Origin: an uncultured Collinsella sp.
GTDB lineage: Bacteria; Actinomycetota; Coriobacteriia; Coriobacteriales; Coriobacteriaceae
DNA: 64,000 nucleotides
Reading direction: 5' to 3'
NCBI GenBank assembly: GCA_958354105.1
Contig: CATWVA010000001.1
Span: 202,501 to 266,500, forward strand
Shown here one piece after another: positions 56,985 through 64,000 of the stretch. Below the pieces are notes generated by a model that was not told the DNA's origin, searched no databases, and saw nothing but the letters and a program-made list of their open reading frames with translations. Both the position numbers and the translations under genes were made by a program. The stretch's first letter is position 1. Each line of letters starts with the position of its first letter.

Positions 56985-57016
56985 GAAAAAGGCCCGGGTG
57001 CCTTGGCATCCGGGCC
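56985..57016 (-). terminator. rho-independent terminator after rplX
   Basis: Stem ggcccgg(g)tgc / gca(t)ccgggcc, followed on the minus strand by TTTTT. It starts 30 nt after the rplX stop. Confidence 0.75.
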
Positions 57017-57045
57017 TTTGCTAGCAACTTGATGTTGCGAGCAGC

Positions 57046-57351
57046 TTAGAACTTGTGGCCGCACTTCTTGCAGACGCGCAGCTTGTTCTTGCCGTCCTTC
57101 TCGTGACCGACGCGGGTAACCTTACCGCACTCGGGGCAAACGAGATTGACGTTGGAGGCGTCGATGGGAGCCTCCTGCGAAACGATGCCGCCCTGCTGGT
57201 TGGCAGCGTTGGGCTTGACGGCCTTCTTGACGACCGAAACGCCCTCGACAACGACCTTGTTCTCGGCGGGGAGAGCACGCAGGACAACACCCTGCTTGCC
57301 GCGATCCTTACCAGAGAGAACCTGGACCTTATCGCCCTTCTTGATATACAT
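57046..57351 (-). CDS. rplX: 50S ribosomal protein L24
   Basis: 101 aa. [23 protein letters not shown] (KOW motif). Confidence 0.97.
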   Translation of the reverse strand: MYIKKGDKVQVLSGKDRGKQGVVLRALPAENKVVVEGVSVVKKAVKPNAANQQGGIVSQEAPIDASNVNLVCPECGKVTRVGHEKDGKNKLRVCKKCGHKF

Positions 57352-57364
57352 ATATCTCCCCTAA

Positions 57365-57733
57365 CTACAGGGTCTCGGGAGCGAGCGAGACGATCTTCAT
57401 GTACTTCTTGTCACGAAGCTCGCGAGCGACGGGCCCGAAGATACGGGTGCCGACGGGCGAACCATCGTTGTTGATGACAACGCAGGCGTTCTCATCAAAG
57501 CGAATGTAGGAGCCATCCTTGCGGCGGATCTCCTTAACGGTGCGAACGACGACGCAACGGACAACGTCCTTCTTCTTGACGTTGGCGCCAGGGGTAGCCT
57601 CCTGGACAGCACCGATGAACACATCGCCGATGCCTGCATAACGACGCTTGGAACCGCCAAGCACCTTGATGCAGCGAATCTTGCGAGCGCCGGAGTTGTC
57701 GGCGACGTTCAGCATGGTTTGCATCTGAATCAT
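57365..57733 (-). CDS. rplN: 50S ribosomal protein L14
   Basis: 122 aa. [33 protein letters not shown]. Confidence 0.98.
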   Translation of the reverse strand: MIQMQTMLNVADNSGARKIRCIKVLGGSKRRYAGIGDVFIGAVQEATPGANVKKKDVVRCVVVRTVKEIRRKDGSYIRFDENACVVINNDGSPVGTRIFGPVARELRDKKYMKIVSLAPETL

Positions 57734-57851
57734 GGTAGATGTTCCTCCGAACTAAGAACCGAAGAGAGGTGCGCAGCCTTTATACGGCCCGTGGTATGCA
57801 AGCCAGGCATACGCACATCTTCGGAAACGTACAAGTCGTAAGAGCGACTGC

Positions 57852-58112
57852 TTATTTAGCGCGCTCGACGACCTCGATGAGGCGCCAACGCTTCATCTTG
57901 GACATAGGACGGGTCTCCATAACGCGGACGGTATCGCCCACGCCAGCCGTGCACTCCTCGTCGTGAGCGTGCAGCTTCTTGGAGCTGGTCATCATCTTGC
58001 CGTACTTGGGGTGACGCTTGCGCTCGGTGATGGTGACAACAATGGTCTTGGCACCGGAGACGGAGGTAACGACACCCGTACGGACCTTACGCGAGTTACG
58101 CGAATCAGTCAT
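57852..58112 (-). CDS. rpsQ: 30S ribosomal protein S17
   Basis: 86 aa. RTGVVTSVSGAKTIVVTITERKRHPKYGK. Confidence 0.97.
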   Translation of the reverse strand: MTDSRNSRKVRTGVVTSVSGAKTIVVTITERKRHPKYGKMMTSSKKLHAHDEECTAGVGDTVRVMETRPMSKMKRWRLIEVVERAK

Positions 58113-58128
58113 GTTCTCTCCTTAGGTC

Positions 58129-58344
58129 CTACTCGGCGACAGCGGACTTCTCCGCTGCGATCTCGCGGGCGCGCTGCTCCGTGAGGACGCGAGCGATGTC
58201 CTTCTTCACGGTGTTGACGCGAGCGGTGTTGTCCAGCTGGCTGGTGGCCATCTGGAAACGAAGGTTAAAGAGCTCGGCGCGCATTTCCTTCAGCTTCTCA
58301 ACGAGCTGAGCGTCCGAGAGCTCACGAATCTCTGCGGGCTTCAT
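58129..58344 (-). CDS. rpmC: 50S ribosomal protein L29
   Basis: 71 aa. ELSDAQLVEKLKEMRAELFNLRFQ. Confidence 0.96.
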   Translation of the reverse strand: MKPAEIRELSDAQLVEKLKEMRAELFNLRFQMATSQLDNTARVNTVKKDIARVLTEQRAREIAAEKSAVAE

Positions 58345-58847
58345 TAGTTCTCCTCCTTCGCGGCGGCGGCGTCCTCAGCAGCCCACTTGGCCTCGAGAGC
58401 GGCCTCCTCAGCCATCTCCTTCTCGATGCGCTGCTCAGCGTTCTTGGCAGCAACAATCTTGGTCTTGATGGGAAGCTTGTGCTGTGCAAGACGCAGAGCC
58501 TCGCGAGCGACCTCCTCGGGCACGCCCTTGACCTCGAACATGATGCGGCCGGGCTTGACGACGGCCACCCACTCCTCGGGGTTACCCTTACCAGAACCCA
58601 TGCGAGTCTCGGCAGGCTTCTTGGTGATGGGCTTATCGGGGAAGATCGTGATGTAGACACGACCGCCACGCTTCATGTAGCGGGTCATGGCAATACGAGC
58701 GGCCTCGATCTGACGGTTGGTGATCCAATGGGCCTCGAGAGCCTGGATACCAAACTCGCCGAAATGCAGCTCGGTATTACCCTTGGCCTGGCCCTTCATG
58801 GAGCCACGCTGCACCTTGCGGTGAAGAATACGCTTAGGGGCAAGCAC
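58344..58847 (-). CDS. rplP: 50S ribosomal protein L16 (with an Ala/Glu-rich C-terminal extension)
   Basis: 167 aa. [25 protein letters not shown]. The stop overlaps the rpmC start. Confidence 0.97.
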   Translation of the reverse strand: MLAPKRILHRKVQRGSMKGQAKGNTELHFGEFGIQALEAHWITNRQIEAARIAMTRYMKRGGRVYITIFPDKPITKKPAETRMGSGKGNPEEWVAVVKPGRIMFEVKGVPEEVAREALRLAQHKLPIKTKIVAAKNAEQRIEKEMAEEAALEAKWAAEDAAAAKEEN

Positions 58848-59557
58848 TACTGACCCCTCCTCTCGGAGTTACGACGACGAGGACGGGAAGAGCCCTCGAG
58901 TGCAGGATTGGGAACAGGCTGGCCCGGGAGCTTCTCGCCCAGGTAGATCCAGACCTTCACGCCGCAAGCGCCCATGGTGGTGCTGGCGACAGCCGTGCCG
59001 TAGTCGATCTTGGCACGGAGGGTGTGCAGAGGCACGCGACCCTCACGGTACCACTCACGACGGCCCATCTCGGCACCGCCGAGACGACCGGAGCACTGGA
59101 TACGGATGCCCTTAGCGCCGGCCTTGCGGGCGGACTGGACAGCCTTGCGCATGGCGCGACGGAAGGCAACGCGGCCCTCGAGCTGCTCGGCGATAGACTG
59201 AGCAACGAGGTTGGCGTCGAGCTCGGGGCGCTTGATCTCGACAACGTCGACGGAGAGCTGGCCCTTGGAGACGCCAGCGACCTTCTCGAGCTCGGTGCGG
59301 AGGGTATCGATCTCGGCACCCTTCTTACCGATGACAACGCCGGGGCGAGCGGTGAGGATGATGACCTTCACCTTGTCGCCAGCGCGCTCGATCTCGACGC
59401 GGGAGACAGCTGCGCGGGAAAGACGCTTCTCGAGGTACTTGCGGATCTCGAGATCGTTACCGAGGGTCTTAGCGTAATCCTTCTCTGCGAACCAGCGGGA
59501 GCGCCAGTTCTCGGTGATGCCAAGACGGAAGCCGGTGGGGTAGACTTTCTGACCCAT
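58847..59557 (-). CDS. rpsC: 30S ribosomal protein S3
   Basis: 236 aa. [26 protein letters not shown] domain. Confidence 0.97.
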   Translation of the reverse strand: MGQKVYPTGFRLGITENWRSRWFAEKDYAKTLGNDLEIRKYLEKRLSRAAVSRVEIERAGDKVKVIILTARPGVVIGKKGAEIDTLRTELEKVAGVSKGQLSVDVVEIKRPELDANLVAQSIAEQLEGRVAFRRAMRKAVQSARKAGAKGIRIQCSGRLGGAEMGRREWYREGRVPLHTLRAKIDYGTAVASTTMGACGVKVWIYLGEKLPGQPVPNPALEGSSRPRRRNSERRGQ

Positions 59558-59563
59558 ACAGCT

Positions 59564-59935
59564 TTACGCCTCCTTTCGAGGAGCAACGACGACGGTGATG
59601 TGGGAAGTACGCTTCAGAATGCGAGAAGCGGAACCCTTGGCGCGGGGACGGATGCGCTTAAGCGTCGGACCCTCGTCAACATAGGCAGCGGCGACAACCA
59701 GGTTGTCGGCACGCAGACCGTTGTTGTTCTCGGCGTTCGCAACGGCGGAACGGAGAACCTTCTCGACATCCACGGCGACGGCGCGGTCGCAGAAGTGGAG
59801 GATGTCGAAGGCCTGAGCGACAGGCTTGCGGCGGATCAGATCGACCACCAGGCGGGCCTTGCTGGGGGAAACACGCACGTACTTAGCGACGGCGCGAACC
59901 TCGGTGGCCTCAGTTTCAATAGACTTAGTTGCCAT
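59564..59935 (-). CDS. rplV: 50S ribosomal protein L22
   Basis: 123 aa. [25 protein letters not shown]. Confidence 0.97.
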   Translation of the reverse strand: MATKSIETEATEVRAVAKYVRVSPSKARLVVDLIRRKPVAQAFDILHFCDRAVAVDVEKVLRSAVANAENNNGLRADNLVVAAAYVDEGPTLKRIRPRAKGSASRILKRTSHITVVVAPRKEA

Positions 59936-59949
59936 TTACGGTTAACCCC

Positions 59950-60210
59950 CTATTTGGCCTTGTGGCCACGGAACGTACGAGTCGGCGCGAACTCGCCGAG
60001 CTTGTGACCAACCATGGACTCGGTAACATACACGGGCACATGCTTGCGGCCGTCGTGGACGGCGATGGTGTGACCAACCATCTCGGGGAAGATGGTGGAC
60101 GCGCGGGACCAGGTCTTCACGACGTCCTTCTTGCCAGCCTCGTTCATCGCGGTGATACGCGAGAGAAGGCGAGTCTCCACGAACGGGCCCTTTTTGAGAC
60201 TTCTGCTCAT
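59950..60210 (-). CDS. rpsS: 30S ribosomal protein S19
   Basis: 86 aa. [16 protein letters not shown] ... [23 protein letters not shown]. Confidence 0.98.
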   Translation of the reverse strand: MSRSLKKGPFVETRLLSRITAMNEAGKKDVVKTWSRASTIFPEMVGHTIAVHDGRKHVPVYVTESMVGHKLGEFAPTRTFRGHKAK

Positions 60211-60242
60211 AAGTGCTTTCTCCTAAAACTCGGTATCCGAAA

Positions 60243-61073
60243 TTACTTCTTACGGCGACGAATGATGTGCTGGTTCGAGACCTTCTTCTTCTTGCGCGTA
60301 CGAAGGCCCTTCGTCGGCTTACCCCAGGGGGTAACGGAGGGACGACCAGAGGTGTGGTTCTTGCCCTCGCCACCGCCGTGCGGGTGGTCGACAGGGTTCA
60401 TGACGGTACCGCGGACGGTCGGGCGCACGTTCATGTGACGCTTACGGCCGGCCTTGCCGATGACGATGTTGGAGTGATCGGCGTTGCCGACCTCACCGAC
60501 GGTGGCGCGGCAGGTAACGAGGATGCGGCGCATCTCGGAGGAAGGCATACGGACGATAGCGTACTTGCCCTCCTTACCCATCAGCTGGCAGGAGTTACCG
60601 GCGGAACGGGCGATAGCAGCGCCCTTGCCCGGCTGGAACTCGACGGCGTGGATGAGCGTACCGACGGGGATGTCGGCGAGGGGCAGAGCGTTACCCGGCT
60701 TGATGTCGGCGTCAGAACCGGACATGATGGTCTGACCGACCTCGAGGCCCTTGGGGGCCAGGATGTAGCGCTTCTCACCGTCAGCGTAGTGCAGCAGAGC
60801 GATGCGAGCGGAACGGTTCGGATCGTACTCGATCGTGGCAACCTTGGCGGGCACGCCGTCCTTGTTGCGCTTGAAGTCGATCACGCGGTAACGACGCTTC
60901 ACGCCGCCGCCCTGGTGGCGGGTGGTGATGCGGCCGTTGTTGTTACGACCGGCCTTCTTGGGCAGGGGCTCGAGAAGAGACTTCTCGGGCTTGGTGCAGG
61001 TGATCTCGGAGAAATCGGAGATCGTCTGCCAACGCCTACCAGCGGAGGTCGGCTTAAGGTGCTTTACAGCCAT
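60243..61073 (-). CDS. rplB: 50S ribosomal protein L2
   Basis: 276 aa from ATG 61073 ([14 protein letters not shown]). Has GGGEGK. The track ORF starts upstream. Confidence 0.97.
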   Translation of the reverse strand: MAVKHLKPTSAGRRWQTISDFSEITCTKPEKSLLEPLPKKAGRNNNGRITTRHQGGGVKRRYRVIDFKRNKDGVPAKVATIEYDPNRSARIALLHYADGEKRYILAPKGLEVGQTIMSGSDADIKPGNALPLADIPVGTLIHAVEFQPGKGAAIARSAGNSCQLMGKEGKYAIVRMPSSEMRRILVTCRATVGEVGNADHSNIVIGKAGRKRHMNVRPTVRGTVMNPVDHPHGGGEGKNHTSGRPSVTPWGKPTKGLRTRKKKKVSNQHIIRRRKK

Positions 61074-61252
61074 TACAATCCCTTTCAATAAGAATCCGTT
61101 AGCCATCGCAGACAGGGATTCGAGGTTCTGCCTCGGGTGCGATGACACCGGACGTATACACGGTTCCGGGCGTGTCCATTTTATCCGCCCGAAACCTTGA
61201 GCTCTCGCCTCCCCTATTTGGGAGGCATGAGCTCACTCAACAGCAGCGAGTC

Positions 61253-61540
61253 TTAGGCCTGGTTGCCAAAGACCTCGATGGTGTCGCCCTCGGCCAGCGT
61301 GACGATGGCCTTCTTCCAAGAACGGGTCTTGCCGGCGACATAGCGCACGCGCTTGGTCTTGGGCTTGACCGTCAAGGTGTTCACGCGAACGACCTTGACG
61401 CCGAAGATCTCCTCGACAGCGTCCTTGATCTGATACTTGTTAGCATCCTTGGCGACCTCGAACGTGTACTTGTTCTGCTCCATGCCGGAGAAGGAACGCT
61501 CGGACACGATCGGACGGATGATGATCTCGTGGGCGGTCAT
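61253..61540 (-). CDS. rplW: 50S ribosomal protein L23
   Basis: 95 aa. IIIRPIVSERSFSGMEQNKYTFEV. Confidence 0.96.
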   Translation of the reverse strand: MTAHEIIIRPIVSERSFSGMEQNKYTFEVAKDANKYQIKDAVEEIFGVKVVRVNTLTVKPKTKRVRYVAGKTRSWKKAIVTLAEGDTIEVFGNQA

Positions 61541-62167
61541 TTATGCAAGCACCTCCCCGAAGTGAGCGGCGATGTCGGCGGGCATCAGCACAGCGTTGTT
61601 GTTGACGAGATCGTAGGTGTTGGCCTCGTCAGCGGTGATGATGAACGTCTTGGGAATATTGCGGAACGACAGGTAGGCGTTGACGTCCTCATCGCGAACG
61701 ATGATGGTCAGACGCTTGCCCTCAAGGCCGAGAGCCTTGAGCATGGCGACGGCAGCCTTGGTGGAAGGCTTCTCGAAGCCGTAGTCGTCGACGAGCACGA
61801 GCTCGCCATCGGCCAGCTTGGCGGACAGCGCGGAGCGCATAGCCAGCTTGACCTCCTTGTTGTTCATACGCTTAGCGTAGGAACGGGGCTTGGGGGCGAA
61901 GACAACGCCACCGTGACGCCACTGGGCAGCACGGATGGAACCCTGGCGGGCACGGCCGGTGCCCTTCTGACGCCAAGGCTTCTTGCCGCCACCGGAAACC
62001 TCAGAGCGACCCTTAGCAGACTGGGTGCCCTGACGCCAAGAGGCCATCTGGCACTTGACGATGTGGTGCATAACGTGGATGTTCGGCTCGATGCCGTACA
62101 CCTCAGCGGCGAGCTCGGCCTCGGCGACCTTCTTGCCCTCGCTGTTCTTTACTTCAAACTTTGCCAT
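61541..62167 (-). CDS. rplD: 50S ribosomal protein L4
   Basis: 208 aa. GGGKKPWRQKGTGRARQGSIRAAQWRHGG. Confidence 0.97.
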   Translation of the reverse strand: MAKFEVKNSEGKKVAEAELAAEVYGIEPNIHVMHHIVKCQMASWRQGTQSAKGRSEVSGGGKKPWRQKGTGRARQGSIRAAQWRHGGVVFAPKPRSYAKRMNNKEVKLAMRSALSAKLADGELVLVDDYGFEKPSTKAAVAMLKALGLEGKRLTIIVRDEDVNAYLSFRNIPKTFIITADEANTYDLVNNNAVLMPADIAAHFGEVLA

Positions 62168-62213
62168 TTAAGTGTTCTCCTTGGTATGACGCTGGGCTAA
62201 ATGGGCTGGGCCC

Positions 62214-62834
62214 TTAGGCCATACGGATGGCGACGAGACCATTCTTGGCACCCGGGACAGCGCCCTTGACCAAGATGAGGTTCTGCTCGGCATCGATGCG
62301 GACAACGGAAAGGTTCTTGACGGTAACGCGCTCGTTACCCATGTGACCGGCCATCTTGACGCCCTTGAGGACGCGCGCAGGATAGGCGCACTGACCGATA
62401 GAACCAGGGTGACGCTGGAAGTGAGAACCATGCGTCATAGGACCGCGGCGCTGACCCCAGCGCTTGATGCGACCCTGGAAGCCCTTACCCTTGGAGGTAC
62501 CGATGACGTCGACCTTCTCGACATCAGCGAAATCAGCGACGGTGACGACCTCGCCGACCTTGTGCTCCTCGCCGTTCTCGACGCGGACCTCACGAAGGAA
62601 GCGGACAGGCTCGACGCCAGCCTTGGCGAAGTGACCAGCCATGGGCTTGTTCACGTTCTTGGCCTTGATGTCGCCGAAACCGATCTGGACGGCGTCATAG
62701 CCGTCGGTTGCCTGAGTTTTAACCTGCGAGACAGCGCAGGGGCCAGCCTGGATGACCGTGACGGGAACGACGTTGTCGTCCTCGTCCCAAACCTGGGTCA
62801 TGCCAATCTTGCGGCCGAGAATCATGCTGATCAA
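62214..62834 (-). CDS. rplC: 50S ribosomal protein L3
   Basis: 206 aa. [24 protein letters not shown]. The start may be the ATG at 62825. No strong SD was seen. Confidence 0.96.
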   Translation of the reverse strand: MISMILGRKIGMTQVWDEDDNVVPVTVIQAGPCAVSQVKTQATDGYDAVQIGFGDIKAKNVNKPMAGHFAKAGVEPVRFLREVRVENGEEHKVGEVVTVADFADVEKVDVIGTSKGKGFQGRIKRWGQRRGPMTHGSHFQRHPGSIGQCAYPARVLKGVKMAGHMGNERVTVKNLSVVRIDAEQNLILVKGAVPGAKNGLVAIRMA

Positions 62835-63093
62835 GATATGATCCCAACTCTCGCGTGGTCTTGGGACAATGCGTACGCCACCGAGCGTACGCCCCTAGAG
62901 GACCACTACTTACACGACGTGCTCCCCAGTCTTGTATTGCGTCCGGACTACCTGACAACCCTATTAAGCAGGCATTTTGTCCAGCCAGAATACTCCCCTG
63001 GTTACACACAGCTGTTTAGTATACACGGCTGCGGGCGTATCCATCGAGATTCATATTTCACTCACATTGTTTACGCAGGTAAAGTGCGTGGCA

Positions 63094-63258
63094 CGTTCCC
63101 AGTGTGCGGCGGAGGGGGCGGGCCTGAGACATATTAAGGTTACTGCTCTACAGTCCTGCTCACGACGGAGAGCACATTAAGTGCTCTCCTGTTCGTGCGG
63201 AACTCGCGACAACCTTAATATGTCTCAGGCCCGCCCCCTCCGCCGCACACTGGGAACG
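63094..63258. repeat. 165-bp element with perfect 48-bp inverted arms and a nested hairpin
   Basis: Arms at 63094-63141 and 63211-63258 are exact reverse complements. The arms extend by gtggc with a 1-nt bulge. The loop contains ggagagcac-attaa-gtgctctcc (63167-63189). Confidence 0.9.
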
Positions 63259-63293
63259 CCACGTTGATGCCTGCTTAACTCTGCTCGTTCAGG

Positions 63294-63920
63294 CTAATGA
63301 CTTTGTTGGGGGTCCACTATTTGCTGGAGAGTGAACTTGCATTGCATTGGCTCGCCTTCTGCTTGTGGCTTTGCCTCATCAAAATCGAAAATCATAATGG
63401 CGCAGTTGGGGAGTTTTGTTGGGAGCTCGAAGCCCTCTGGGGCTGCAGCCTTGATGAATTGGCGGCTGGCACTGCCGTGGCTTACTGCTAGGAGGGTTTC
63501 GATACCCTCGGCGTCCATGATATTGGTGAGGGTGTCTACCATGCGCCCTTGCAGTGCCTGGCTTCCTTCTCCTCCAAACGGGATTAAGTCCTCGCCCGGA
63601 TCCCAGACGTCGGTGGGCAGAGCGTCGTGGGGGCCCTCTTCGAAGGAGCCATAGCTGCGCTCGATAATGCCTTCGCAGGACTCGACGGCAGAGTCCGGGC
63701 CGAGGAGTTCGGTAGCGACGAGCTGAGCTGTGTCCATGGCTCGGCCTAAGGGCGAAGAGACCACTTTGTCGGGAACGACGTTGTGGGCTTTGAGCCACGC
63801 GGCTGCCATCCCGGCTTGCTGACGGCCCAGGTCGGTCAGCGGTGAATCGCAGCGGCCCTGGACCAGCTTTTTGACGTTGAACTCCGTCTGACCGTGGCGG
63901 AGTAGATATAGACGCTTCAT
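63294..63920 (-). CDS. histidine phosphatase family protein (phosphoglycerate mutase-like)
   Basis: 208 aa. MKRLYLLRHGQTEFN (RHG motif) and a VSHG-type second His motif. Confidence 0.85.
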   Translation of the reverse strand: MKRLYLLRHGQTEFNVKKLVQGRCDSPLTDLGRQQAGMAAAWLKAHNVVPDKVVSSPLGRAMDTAQLVATELLGPDSAVESCEGIIERSYGSFEEGPHDALPTDVWDPGEDLIPFGGEGSQALQGRMVDTLTNIMDAEGIETLLAVSHGSASRQFIKAAAPEGFELPTKLPNCAIMIFDFDEAKPQAEGEPMQCKFTLQQIVDPQQSH

Positions 63921-64000
63921 GCTCTCCCCTTCTGTATAACTTGCTTTGCCGGCACAGCCCTACTCGTGGGTATGTCCTACGTAGTCTTCGTCGATCGTAA

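Noticed and set aside
62835-63293. A hidden rpsJ (S10) gene upstream of rplC.
   Set aside because: No ORF in any frame here resembles S10. The only ORFs in the track (62719-63009 minus, 62977-63180 plus) give unrelated low-complexity peptides.

Overview
Visibly GC-rich bacterial chromosome, probably a high-GC Gram-positive gut anaerobe (Actinomycetota, Coriobacteriia-like); the taxon is my inference and has not been searched. The backbone is the S10-spc-alpha ribosomal-protein supercluster on the minus strand. rplC to rplX lies at 57.0-62.8 kb, and rplE to rplQ plus truA lies at 16.2-27.0 kb. This normally contiguous cluster is broken twice. (1) About 30 kb (27009-57045, 23 genes) sits between rplX and rplE, with intrinsic terminators at both junctions. 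(2) rpsJ is absent upstream of rplC, where a 165-bp element with perfect 48-bp inverted arms sits instead. Most of the 30-kb block is an E. coli ygeW-ygfU-type cluster for selenium-dependent molybdenum hydroxylase and anaerobic purine/urate catabolism: xdhC, yqeB, yqeC, hyuA, a ygfJ-like gene, ygeW, ygeY, dpaL, xdhD, a ferredoxin, ygfK, ssnA, an NCS2 permease, two YheO-type regulators and ridA. An unrelated roughly 3-kb module interrupts it, carrying a Pro/Ala-rich membrane protein, four 33-bp-phased repeats, a hypothetical protein and a DEDDh exonuclease. The block ends with a U32 protein, an RluA-family synthase and a DeoR/oxidoreductase pair. The left 16 kb holds an island remnant with a truncated integrase, an ACT-domain protein, citrate synthase, two Cof-type HAD hydrolases, adenine deaminase, tyrS, another U32 protein, PBP1A, argR and a GT2 glycosyltransferase. 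Two short repeat families that I do not recognise populate intergenic DNA. One has a GTCCCC core and occurs in four clusters. The other is a roughly 100-nt compound palindrome present in two copies whose stems show compensatory changes. I found no rRNA, tRNA, CRISPR array, transposase or intact integrase. All calls rest on reading the ORF translations and the sequence by eye; no database search was run.
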